Shown piece by piece: positions 49,321 through 61,500 of a stretch of DNA of 64,000 nucleotides (positions within the stretch are counted from its first letter, which is position 1; every line of letters starts with the position of its first letter). Below the pieces are notes generated by a model. The model was given only the letters and a program-made list of their open reading frames with translations. It searched no databases and was not told where the DNA came from. Made by a program: the position numbers and the translations under genes. Source of the DNA: Takakia lepidozioides (lineage: Eukaryota > Plantae > Bryophyta); contig CM060733.1 of the NCBI GenBank assembly GCA_030704615.1, positions 8,432,001 to 8,496,000 of the forward strand, written 5' to 3'.

Positions 49321-50559
49321 CTAGGGCTTCATTTCGACATCTAAGTGTATATCAGAGGCGATATAATTGCTATTAAAAGGGGTGAGGGAAATAAATTCAC
49401 TAAGTTTTTATTATTGGAGAAAGAATATAGCAAAAGTTTCCGAAATTTACATCATAAAATGATTGGAACAGACAAAAGGTGGAGAGGGAAGGGAAGGGAA
49501 TAAAAACTTTATAAAATATTTACAAATATACAAAATTGTTTGAAAATATCATGTCACAAGGGGCTTTATCAAATGTTTGTCTGGAAAGACTATTGATGCT
49601 AAAGAGTTAAAACTGATCATTTTAAAAATACGATGTCCTTTTGCCATTCTTTGGACGTTGAACCGGTGGGACTGCCATTAGTTGTTTGACTCCCAAAAGA
49701 TGGAAAATTCTTTGAGTGATTTTGCCAGTAGCGAGCATGACATTTCACTACGATCAAATCTCCAGGCTTCATGTCGGTTCCATTGACGACGGTGTTCTTC
49801 GCATCAAGGTATGACAGGCCACTAGCAGATCGCCACTCGAAATCCTGACTGATTGTTTGCCAATATGTTGACCATTCGTTGACCCTATCTAAATAATCAT
49901 TGGAGGAATAAATTTAAATTTAAAATTTAAAGTAAAAACATATCAAAATGGAATGGTGCTCATGAATCATAGACTATATGCCCATCAAAATTATCCATGG
50001 CATGTGGCGCCTTTTATGCTTGTAATACTCCGGCTGTTTGTAGCATACACATTTTGATTGCCGGTTTACAATTTTGTATAGATGGTTTTTTAATAATATT
50101 TCAAACTGTAGATAGAAAGAAAAAATTATTGAGAGGCTAGGACTACATGCGGAAATCCTAGACCCAAATGCGATGGTGTATCTATAATTTATGCTTTAAA
50201 TTACATGAAATCTGGATACTTTGTCATTCATTGTGAAGAGCCTCAGGTGCCTTCACTCTCTAGTCAACAAGAAATGTAGCCACAACTAAAAATTAGCATT
50301 GACTGCTGATCTGGGAGCTCAACCCTGAAACTCTTGTTGGTTGCAATCACGAGTTCCCAAGTCCATCTTTTGGGAATCTCCTTGTTACTGCAAGTTGGTT
50401 CGACGAGTCAACCATGATAGCTTCCCGTACTCATATGATTAGTTGGTTGTGTGACGAGATGGACAAAGACTTGGTCAAATGGCCAAAGAAATAAATAGCG
50501 TCTCTTGATGCATTTTTTGCTTCTATGTGGTTTGTTCGTAACACTTCACAGTTTGGGTT

Positions 50560-50842
50560 TCATGCAATGGGCTTACATGGGGTTACACCTTATTGGGTTA
50601 CATGAAGTGGAGTCATAGACAAGTACTTGGGTACCTGGGGCAATAAGCTTACACTCTGTGGGTTCACACATAAGTGATGGGTTACACCGTGTCGGGTCTC
50701 ACAACGTGGGGTTACACTTATGGGTTACATGCAATGGGCCTCTCAGGGTTACATGGTTGGGCCTTCCTGGCTATGTCAGGGTCACGTAGCTGAAACAGTA
50801 GAGTTTCGTGGCATGTAACCCCACCTTCGACTATGCGCACTT

Positions 50843-50884
<42 letters not shown>

Positions 50885-51910
50885 CGCACTGAAGTTTTTG
50901 TGCACTGAAGTTCTCAGAGTTATACTACATGGGGTTACATACATGAGGGCTATGTACAATGGGTTACATACGATGGGGTCACAATAGTGGGGGTAACATC
51001 TGGTCGGGTTACATAATACTTGGAGTTACAACACTCTGGGTTACACTCACTCAAGAGGGTTACACTGTGCATAGTGACAGTGGGCAAGGTTGCCTATACA
51101 AGGGCTACGTGTCATGGGGATACATAAGATGGGGTGATGTAGCATCGGGGTTTACAGCATGCACCCCAAATTGTACAATGGGTTACATGCGATGGGGTGA
51201 CAACAGTGGGGGTTACATGTGGTCAGGATACATACTTCTTGGGGTTACACAACAACAAGTTACACTCTGGAGGGCTACACTGGTCCATAACATAGGTTGA
51301 ACGGAATGATTATCTATCTCATGGATTACACACGTCCATGGGTTACATATACAGGGTGGGTTACACACAAATTGGGATACACATAGAGGGGTTACACATA
51401 CAGGGTGGGATACACCTAAATTGCTTACATATAGAGGGGTTACACATATATAGGTTACACATGCAGGGTGGGTTACACATAGAGGGGTTGCACATACAGG
51501 GGTTACACATACAGGGGCTAGTGTTGGCGACTAAAGATGCTCGACTTCAGCGTCTTCCCACTCTGTATTGAAGGGTCATGTAACCCCGGCAAACTAACCC
51601 AGACCCTGTAGTCACACTGTAGTCATCGACTTATAATTCTTAGAGTTACACCACTCGCTGACAACAATATTCTATGGGGTTACATATTGGGTTACACTGT
51701 TGATAGTTACATTGCAGTTACACTTGGAGTTACACCACAATGAGTTACACTGAAGAGGGTTACACTCGTCTGTGTTACACTGTGTGGAGTACCACAGATG
51801 CGAGTTACACTAAGTAGAGCCATGTTACGTTATGAAACCCCATACGGTGTAACCCTGCGTTGTGTCACCCCGGCCCGTGGGTGTCCCATTGAGTGGGTTA
51901 CATAGGTTAA
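50560..51910. repeat. GGGTTACA(C/T)-rich degenerate repeat field
   Basis: Dozens of GGTTACAC/GGTTACAT motifs. The opposite orientation (GTGTAACC) occurs at 47630-47785 and 53197-53757. A poly-T run lies at about 50844-50884. Confidence 0.9.
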
Positions 51911-52014
51911 ATGTGGATGGAATGACAAAGTGAATAACAACCCATGAACAGACATGTACTTCATATTAAACCTGGTGATCACAAAATAAGTGTCATTGCC
52001 AATGGACTCAATGG

Positions 52015-53190
52015 TCACTTACTATGGAACCAGTCTACAAAATCCATTTTTCTGGCAAGGGACATGTTGTTTCCATCATCATTTTTTATGAATGGAACTG
52101 CCTGAAGAGGGTACAACAGACCTTTGTCGATTCTGACTTGTAAAGTGGACAACCTCCCACGAACAAAACGAAGCTCGGCAAGCAGATGTTTGCGCATTGT
52201 TTCACTCTCATTGCCAAGAAGCGACAGGGACTTCATCTCAGATTTAATTGATGAAACATCCGACGGCTCCTGCCGACCACGCTGGGATGATGCTGAGCAC
52301 TCCGTAGGCTCTGCTAGATTCACAACTTCCTCCTTTGCATCAATATCTGGAAGTTCCGATTTCATCAACATGTCAAGACCTCCATGAATGGTCCCGAGCT
52401 TTGTGCCACAGAGCTTCACAATAAGCCCTTCCTTCAGATTTGGCTTCATCAATTGAAGAACGCGGATTTGATGTTTGCATAAGTTACCCTTCAAAGCCCA
52501 TGGACAATCGCAACAAGCCCAGGTGGTTGCAGGTGCATAGATTGTGTAGCTTCGACCGGCCGTTTGAACACTATCCACAATCGCCAGATGACCAGGAACA
52601 GTGGGCAAATGAACATTGACGTCAGGGATCTCCCTCGCAGTCCAAACAACATTGCTGATAAATTCCTCCTGTCGTACATTCCTTTTGAAGCCTTTCGATT
52701 TCAAGTTATCTCTATACCAATAGTGGGTTAGAACAGGACCCACGAGTTCGCTGATCAGCCAATCAATTCTCCTGCCATCAAGCCTTTGTTTTCCCGAGCG
52801 TAAACGAGCCTTCAAATTTCCGTGCCAAGATTCAATTGCGGCATTAGTATCCTGACTTGCATGGGGAATATTTCGAGCCCCCGTGATCCACATGCTCACT
52901 TTTGGGACCCATTCCATTCTGATGTAATGTAGGAAGTCACACGCAAGCGGATAGGAATAATGCAAATCTTCCAGTCGCTCCAGCGCCCACTCTTCTGGGG
53001 TGGCTCCCACACAGGCGTTAATGCCGTACATTACGTCGTCATGCTGTTTCAAAACAGCACTGCGAGTGTATGGATCGGGCATCTTACGCCACGAATGTTT
53101 CAGCCAAGCACGACGAACATGCCAAAAACATAGAAATATCGCTACGTTCCCAAACGATTCCCTGCACGCACACACATCAAATGCCACCCA
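52015..53190 (-). mobile_element. MULE transposase C-terminal half with SWIM finger (element 3)
   Basis: FLCFWHVRRAW (CxxH), DTNAAIESWHGNLK (catalytic E) and CDCPWALKGNLCKH (SWIM), in an open frame of about 390 aa. Confidence 0.9.
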
Positions 53191-53196
53191 ATCCAT

Positions 53197-53460
53197 CAGT
53201 GTAACTCTTGTCAGTGTAACTTTTGCAGTGTAACTCTTAGCAGTGTAACTTTTATTACTGTAACTCTTCGCAGTATAACTCTTATCAGTGTAGCTCTTAT
53301 CAGAGGAACTCTTAGCAGTGGAACTCTTCGCAGTGTAAGACTTCGCAGTGTAACTCTTCGAAGTGTGACTCTTAGTAGTGCGACTCTTAGTAGTGTGACT
53401 CATGTAACCCCTCGTGCATCTGGCCATGTAACTATCAGTGAAACTCACAGCAGTGTAACC
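53197..53460. repeat. 15-bp minisatellite CAGTGTAACTCTTAG
   Basis: About 13 consecutive degenerate units, becoming irregular after about 53400. Confidence 0.92.
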
Positions 53461-54602
53461 CAACGCATATAACCCCTCGCAGCGCTGTAACGCAATCCAT
53501 GTTACACCATGTAACTCTCAGAGCGACCCAACCCATATAACCCTCTGCGATGCTCCCAGTGTAACTCACAGGCTATAGCAGTGCAACCTAATCCATGCAA
53601 GACTGTAGATGACACGCCGTGTAACTCCCGGTGTAACTCGCAGTGTAACCCTCTGCCTACCTCATAGCAGTATAACCCTCGGTCTAACTCACAGCAGTGT
53701 AACCCTCCGTCCAACTCAAGGCAGTGTAACCATCTGTCTAACTGATAGTGTAACCTGGGGGGTGCACTCCTCATTAAATGTACCAGCCACGTGCGTGCAC
53801 AGGAGGGGGTATTTTAAACCCCCCATGTACAACATTATACATACAGAGGGGGGTTTAAAACACCTTAAATATCATTTTACAGGAGGGGGGTGTTGAGTTT
53901 TAAGGGGTAGTGTAGTAGTACGAGTTTGTTTTTTTTTTTTTTTTTTTTTTTCCTCCGCGATCTTTTTCCCCTTCCCTCCCGCGGCTTTCTCTTTTCCCTC
54001 TCCTCCTCTGATCTCCTCTCCACTCCTCTCCCACGATTGCCTTCCCTTCCGCGGGCTTTCTCTTTTCCCTCCTCTCCACAGGGCATGGTATTCTTCCTGA
54101 TGTTTACAAGGTTTAGGGGAGAGTGAGCTTGGTCTTAGCAGGCCATTTTGTGGTGGTTTCTCAAAGACCAATCCGACATTATCTGACTACAGACACCAGC
54201 AGCACACCGAAGCGATCCTTTTGGGTTGATGGGAGGGCAAATCCTCCATGGGTCATGACACAAGGTCAAGGACAATGTGGTGAGGGCACCTTCTTCTTCG
54301 ACCTATTTCAGCCTGTCTTGCCCTCTCATCAGAGTCGGCCCTGAATTTGCAGCACTGAGCAGACCTGGCATGAGTTTTTAGAAGATTGACAATGGTGGGA
54401 CAACTGCAATCGCAAGGTGTGGCATTTTTCTTAAGGTAAGAATTTTTTCCATCCTGCTATTGCAGGCTCTTGCCTCCTGTTAGTACCTGATTTGGTATTC
54501 TTCCAGATGTTTACAAGGTTCTTGGGAGAGTCAGCTTGGTCTTAGCAGGCCGTGCTCAGCTGCAACGTGGTGGTTCTCACTAACCAATCCGTCGTTACCT
54601 GA

Positions 54603-55790
54603 CTACAGACACAAGTAGGCACACACAAGAGATCCTCTTTTGATCTCAGTCCAAACTAGGAAGTGGTCAGAGGTACCAATATCAGTTCTGTTGATCAACA
54701 CATTGGCACACTGGGGGAACAAATTTTTGTCCATTATGATATAGTCCACAATGGAGCGTTCCCCAGTTTGGGATTTCTCACGAGTCCACTGCACTTGGTC
54801 ACCTCTTGTCCTGTTATTCAAGGTCAAAAGCTGAAGCTCTTCCAGACAGTTGATTAACCGTCTGCCATTAGAATTCAGCTCGTCCTCACCAGAAGGCCCA
54901 ATGATATCGTCCTGATTGAGCCCTTTGCCCACCCGGGCTTTTGTCTGCGTCAACACTAAGGGTCCCCTCTGTGGGCATGTAAACACAACCCACAAAGAGG
55001 TCCTTCGTACTCATGCCGCCCTTCAGATTCAGTTTTAGGCAGATACTATGCTCGTACCTCAAACCCTTGTTGATAATTTCACAATTGTCAAACAAGAAAT
55101 CACGGACAAAGAATCCAACCCCTTTTTGACCGCGTTTGGCAGAGGCTGCCTTGAGAGTACACATCTTACCTGCCCATTTATAACCATTGACATCTCCAAC
55201 CAGTTTATCCAACGTTTCCCATGTTTCTTGCCCAACACAGATATGAATATCATTAGTCCGAGGAACTTGTCCCACTTCGAGTTGTTTCCTTTGGTTGGTC
55301 AAACCTGAGAAGTTGAAAGTGGCCAGCCGCAAGCCAGCCCTGTGCATGTGAATTGTTCGTCGTTTAGGTAGCTTGTGATTGCTCCTGGACGGCCAACCGT
55401 TCTGCAAAGGGGGGACAGTTACCCCATGGATTCAACCTCATCCAAAGCATCAAACCGATAAGAAACCCTCAAGTTGAAGTCCTTGCCCTTGGTTGTCTCC
55501 TAGAGCGCCCCATTGAATCACCAATGTCTAAGACCGCTCTCCAGCCAGTCAAGGGACAAACTTCTTTGAGATTGATTGATGTGGGACTCAATTAGAAGCA
55601 CTTTTGGTCATTGCAACCTTCAACGTACCCCTGTTATCAAGTCTCGAGATGGAACCATTAGCCATGAAATCCAAGCCTAAGCTAGAGCATGTAGTTTTAA
55701 AGATATAGAGTCGATGTTTCCAAGATATAGAGTCGATTAACTTAGGATATCTGGTGTTGGACATATGTTGTAGCTGACCCCACCATCTGA
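54603..55790 (-). mobile_element. Non-L1 (RTE/RTEX-like) LINE fragments: endonuclease, plus a C-terminal RWWGQL segment
   Basis: ATFNFSGL, GQETW, GVGFFV, CVYMPT, NSNGRRL, SIVDYII and SDHFLV. RWWGQLQHMSNTRYPK lies at about 55740-55790. Confidence 0.75.
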
Positions 55791-55799
55791 CCTTTGAAT

Positions 55800-57799
55800 T
55801 CATTTGTGTGCGTTTGCAGTGCGTGTGCAAGCCTGCAGCCATGGAAAAGGGCAAAGAGGTGCATGGTTGCATCACCAAAGCTGGAATTGTACCGGATGTG
55901 ATTATGAACAATACCCTTGTGGACATGTATGCCATTGTGGGAGCATTGAGGATGCGGAGGGAGTGTTCAACACTATGGCTGAACGAGGTGGTGTCGAGGA
56001 ACACGATTCATCCAAGAGGTCGATTTTAAACACAAGATTACTTCTGATTCCCTGCGGATCAATAGCTACAAGAAAGCTGTGTGGGTAGATGGTCAACTGG
56101 AAATAGCAGCGGCAGCAGTGCATTTGGTAGGACAAGGCGCTGCTAATGAAGGTACCTTCTTCAACACATTTCAGCCTGTTTTTCCCTGTTATCAGAGTTT
56201 TTCCCTGTTTTTTTCCTGAATGAGCATGGATAGAGTGTGGATCTAGATTCATCCAAGAGGGCTGGACTTCAAGCTCCAGATTACCTTGATTCCATGTGGG
56301 GGTCAGTAGCTACAAGAAACCTGCATGGGTAGATGGTCAACTAAAGGCAGCAGCTGCAGCGGCACAGTTGATAAAATCAGGCACCTCAACCATGACCACA
56401 GCTTCTGAAAGAGGATCAAGAGAGGGAGTCCACAATGCCTCTTCTGGCACTTCTGGGCATGTGAAGATACTTTGTACGACAGCCTGACAGAGGCTCTACA
56501 GACTCTAAACCAAGGAGGCAGTTCAGCAGATTCAAATATGTATGTCTGTCTCTTGCTTAAGTGCATCAAGATGGAAGGTCTCGAAGCTAGAAAGTAGGTG
56601 CACACTCACATTATCCAAAGTGGATTCACGCCAAATGTTTTTCTACTCAACACCCTTGTCAACCTGTATGTTAAGTGCCGGAACATCAGGGATGCTCACC
56701 AAGTGTTCAACAAAATGCCTCAATGATCTTTGATCACGTGGAATATTATGTTGAAAGGATTTACCAAGCATAGGTGTGGTAGGAATGTTTTGGAGACATA
56801 TGAGCAAATGATGTGCGAAGCGGTGAAGCCCAACCACATCACATTTGTTTGTGTTTGCAATGCGTGTGAAAGCCTGGGAGCAAGCTGGAATTGTACCAGA
56901 TGTCATCTTGAACACTGCCCTTGTGGACATGTTTGCCAAATGTGGGTGCATTAAGGATGCGAGGGGAGTTTTCAACACTCTGGCTGAACGAGATGTGGTG
57001 TCGTGGAACGTGATGCTTGCAGGGTATGCACAGCAAGGGCACGGGATGGAGGCTTTGGAGACCTATGAGCAAATGATGGGGGAACTAACCACATCACAAG
57101 GCATTTCACCAGATTCAGATATGTATGTCTGTCTCTTCCTTAAGTGCATCAAGATGGAAGGTCTGGAAGCTGGAAAACAGGTGCATACTCACATCATCCA
57201 AAGTGGATTCACGTCAAATGTTTTTCTACTCAACACCCTTGTCAACATGTATGTTATGTGCGGGAGCATCATTGATGCTCACCAAGTGTTCAACAGAATG
57301 CCTCAACGATCTTTGATCACGTGGAATATAATGTTGGCAGGATGCAATGCGTGTCCAAGCCTGCGAGCTCTGGAAAAGGGAAAAGAGGTCCATGGTGACA
57401 TCGTCAAAGCTGGAATTGTACCAGATGTCATTCTGAACACTCCCTTGGTGGACATGTATGCCAAATGTGGGTGCATTAAGGATGCGAAGGGAGTTTCCAT
57501 GGCTGAACGAGATGTGGTGCCTTGGAGTGCGATGCTTGCAGGGTATGCACAGCAGGGACGTGGTATGGAGGCTTTGGAGACCTATGATCAAATGATGGGG
57601 GAAGGGGTGAAGCCCGACCACATCACGTTTGTGTACAGTTGCAATGCGTGTGCAAGCCTGTCAGCCCTGGAAAAGGGCAAAGAGGTCCATGGCGACATTG
57701 TTAGATTTGCAACTGTATCAAATGTCATTCTGAACAATACTCTCGTGGACATGTATGAATGGAGTGTTCGACGGTATGGCTGAACGAGATGTGTTGTCG
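55800..57799 (+). pseudogene. PLS-class PPR pseudogene cluster, paralogous to 490-2530
   Basis: Same L/S/P motifs (ORF 56845-57783). It shares leader sequences with 1278-1345 and 2404-2530, and is cut at 57799 by an LTR. Confidence 0.95.
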
Positions 57800-58527
57800 T
57801 GTCGCGCACCTCACTTCGGTAAGCTCCTCCTCAAGTCATAGTTACTCGCTTTGATGCGCGCGCCTGACTCCCAACCGGCCGCCGGGCCAACTTGGAGCTT
57901 CGGCTGCTCACCGGGGCATAACGGTCCCCCTTTGTTATCCCAAAGAACCCTCCACCGATTTGGAACCAGCGGGAATTCCCTTTGGTAGTTGGCAGTCCGG
58001 AACAGCTCCCCACTCTTTGGTCGCTTTCCGGCTCGCTCGCTTACTCACTAGTTTTTGGTCACCAACGGGCTTGCACCGTTCTCGGGGTTACTACTCCCCC
58101 TATATATACTTCTGTAGCTGTCCGCGGGGGTTTCACAACCAGCCATGCCATTTTATGGCGAACCACCACGAAAACCCTCGACTCCCGGTGATGAGTCGCG
58201 GTGAGTCTTGGCCCACTCACCACGGCCCTTATGGACCGTGATGAGTCCCAAGACTCCCCACGACTCCCACCACGAGGTCTCCGCCCCCATGGTGAGTCCT
58301 ATGCCACCCCCACTAAGTCCCGCTAAGCTACCACCACCCCTTGTGGAGCCACCCCCACCGCAACCCGGTGTGCGGGGCTCCACCTAGTGAGCGCCTCCGC
58401 TTCCCTGAGTGCCTTGGGCACTCAAGGGTGCTTCAGCCCCCCATACCTATTGCTGCCGCTGCCCCCACCACAGGGGCAGCCCCTCATGTGTCCCGACCCC
58501 CTGCCCTCAAGGCAAAGGGCTGCGACA
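57800..58527 (-). repeat. 3' LTR of chromovirus (728 bp)
   Basis: TGTCGC...GCGACA inverted ends. An adjacent PPT reads GGTAGGGGTGTG on the minus strand (58528-58539). The boundary coincides with the break in PPR homology. Confidence 0.85.
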
Positions 58528-61500
58528 CACACCCCTACCAATAGGGAGTCGATGTTCTCATCGACTTGTCCATTTTGTAGAAACGAACATCCAAGTTGTG
58601 GCGTCCCACATCAAGGAGTTTCTTTCCGTACCATGGCGTCCCATGGCAAAGAACCAAACCCCACACTTGACTCTACTCTCCACTAGCTAGTTCGGCCGAC
58701 TTCCTCCAAGTCCCGGCCAAGGGTGGAGCCTCTCAAGCTCCTCCCAGTGCACTCTTCTTGGCCTACTTCAAGGCCAAGGAACGATCCTCCCCGAGGATCG
58801 AATCGCCTTACTGCAACAACATTGCTTGCGACTGCTCATGATGTCGCTTTTGGCATCACCTTGAGCAAGGGTTCACCTGAAACCTTTTTTTACTAGGAAG
58901 ATAACCTTGAACCAACCGTGCGCCCCAATCACTACAATTGGGTCCGCCTTGGAATGCTGGCCTGAGGTACGGGAACACGCCGAAGCCGCACTACGACTTC
59001 GTCTCGAGGCTAGACGATTATGTGAACGGAAGCACGTAGCTTCCGCGTTAGCCCGCACTACAAAGCAACCCCTTCGGTAGCGCAGTTATAGTATGCGCAC
59101 GCGCCAGGTGCGCACTAGCACGTGAACTCCCAAAGAAGGTGCAAGTTTCCTTGCACCTTGGTTGGGGGTCGCCCGATTTCGGCACTACGCAAACACACGA
59201 TTAACCCAATTTACCTCTCCCACTTTTATAAGCTAGCATGCATTCTACAAACTAGCCAAACATACCATGCATCACCATTCCAAACAAAATAGGCCGCACA
59301 ACATTTGGAAGCCATTTCATTTATAGCACGTTTTGTATAATACAAGTTTTTGCAATCGGATTCCTAAGCTAGCTAAGCCGGGCTAAGCATGCATTTCCTC
59401 CCCCACGCTCCAAGGTTGATGTCCCCATCAACGCTTCTTCCGCTTTTGAGGTCGCCCTTCGAAAGCTGCAACCGCCTCAGATGCGTTTCCCATTTCTGAG
59501 GCATGCACCCAAGATGCCTCCACATGATGATAGCCCTTCCATTTGACGAGATACTCTGTTTCTCGGTTCTTGAACCTCCTCGACTTAAGTATTGCCTCCA
59601 CCTCGTACTCAGGTTCATTTTCATGATCCAACAGCATAGGTGGCGGACGCAACACTTGATGCCGATTCGGACGCGCTTCATCTTTGAAGTAAGGCTTCAA
59701 AAGGGAGACATGAAATACTGGGTGCACCTTGCTGTTTGCCGGCAGCTCCAATTCATACACATCCTCATTCATAACCTTCCGAATGCGAAAGGGTCCCGCA
59801 TACGGAGGTACGAACTTCGGACTCACTTCCGGAGGTAGTCGGAAATTCTTGATGTTCAACCAGACCTCCGTGCCTGCCTCAAACTTCACTTCCCTCCACT
59901 TCCAATTCGCCTGCCTTTCATACCGTTTCCTGGCTTTGGCAATGTTGTACTTTGCGAGCTTCAACAAACGCTCGCGTTCTTCTAGTACCGCCGTTACTGT
60001 CGGTTCCTCAACGTCCTGGGCGGCCCAACTTGTCGGCACCAGAGGTGCTTTTCCATAGACCAATACAAAAGGGGAAACTCCCGTTGCGGAGTGTTCTGTG
60101 TTATTATAACAGAACTCTGTCGCGTCTAAGTGTTCCACCCAGTCTGTTTGGTCTGCCGACACGTAATTCCGCAAGATCTGCTTCACTACGGAATTCACTC
60201 TTTTTGTTTGGCCGTCAGTCGTAGGTCGGAAGGCGGTGCTCATCTTCAGCCTCGTCCCCATCTTCTTCCAAAGTGCCCTCCAAAATTTACTTGTAAACAT
60301 TGGATCGCGGTCCGAGACAATATCCTTCGGGACTCCATGATGCTTTAAGACGTGGGCGAAGTAAAGTCGCCCTGTTTCCTGCGCCGTTGCCGACTCCTTG
60401 GTGGGGATGAAATGACCCATTTTACTGAACCTATCCACCACCACCATGATTGCATCGAATCCTTTTGACAGCGGCATAGCAGTCATGAAATCCATGAGAC
60501 GCTTTCCCAAGTCCCCTCTGGAATCGGCAAGGGCTGTAACAGCCCCGCTTGCTTTTTGTACTCGCTCCGGTTTTATTGGCATGTCGTGCATGTCTTGACA
60601 TACTCCTCTGCCTCCTCCCTGAGTTTGGGCAAAAAATACTCTTTCTTCAAGAGTGCCGCGGTGCGCTTGGCTCCGCTGTGGCCCGCAAGCGGGCTATCAT
60701 GGCATTCTCTCAAGAGACTATCTTTGATCCCTCCCTTCGGCACGTAGAGACGTTTTTGCTTATACCGGAGCAGTCCATTTTGCAAGTGGAACTGCGATTT
60801 AATCCCCATCCTCAAGTCCTGCATCACGGACTTCGCCAGCTCATCATTCCGGCAAGCCTTTCGGATCTTCCTTTGGAGCGCCGTCTCGCCCTTGTACACC
60901 AACAAGAGCTGCTGCTTTCTACTTAAAGCATCGGCCACCACGTTGTCTCGTCCCGGTTTGTACTGGATATCCACGTCGAACACCGCCAAAGTATCTTGCC
61001 ACCTAAGTTGTTTTGGGGACAACTTGGGCTGCGTGGCAAAATACTTCACCGTGACATTGTCCGTGAACACCTTCACTGGGTTGGAACCAACATAGTGGCG
61101 CCAAAGCTCAAGACAGTGCACCACCGCCTTCATCTCTTTCTCGTGCGTCGGCCACCGTCGTTCCACTTCATTCAGTTTCTTACTTTTGTAAGCCACTGGA
61201 CGTCCATCTTGCATCAGTACACCCCCAATTGCGAAGTCCGACGCATCTGTATGTATCTCGAACGGACGATCGAACTCCGGGATTTTCAAGACTGGAGCTT
61301 CCGCCATCCGCTGCTTCAATTCAGTAAAAGCTTGGCCACAAAAGGTGTTCCATGCCCAGACTTTAGATTTACACAGAAGGTCTGACAGCGGACCCGCGAT
61401 TTTGGCAAAATTTCTCATATACTTCCGGTAAATAGGAGGTGAGTCCTAGGAAGGATCGCACTCCCGGGACCGAATTCGGAGGCTCCCAGTCCAAAATTGC

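Noticed and set aside
50560-51910. Interstitial telomeric repeats, or the G/Y/H-rich ORFs 50959-51571 as genes
   Set aside because: The motif is GGGTTACA, not TTTAGGG, and it is not in perfect tandem. The ORFs are by-products of the repeat.
53197-53463. KSYTA-repeat N-terminus of the 482-aa ORF as a real protein domain
   Set aside because: It is a stop-free reading of a 15-bp minisatellite upstream of the transposase exon.
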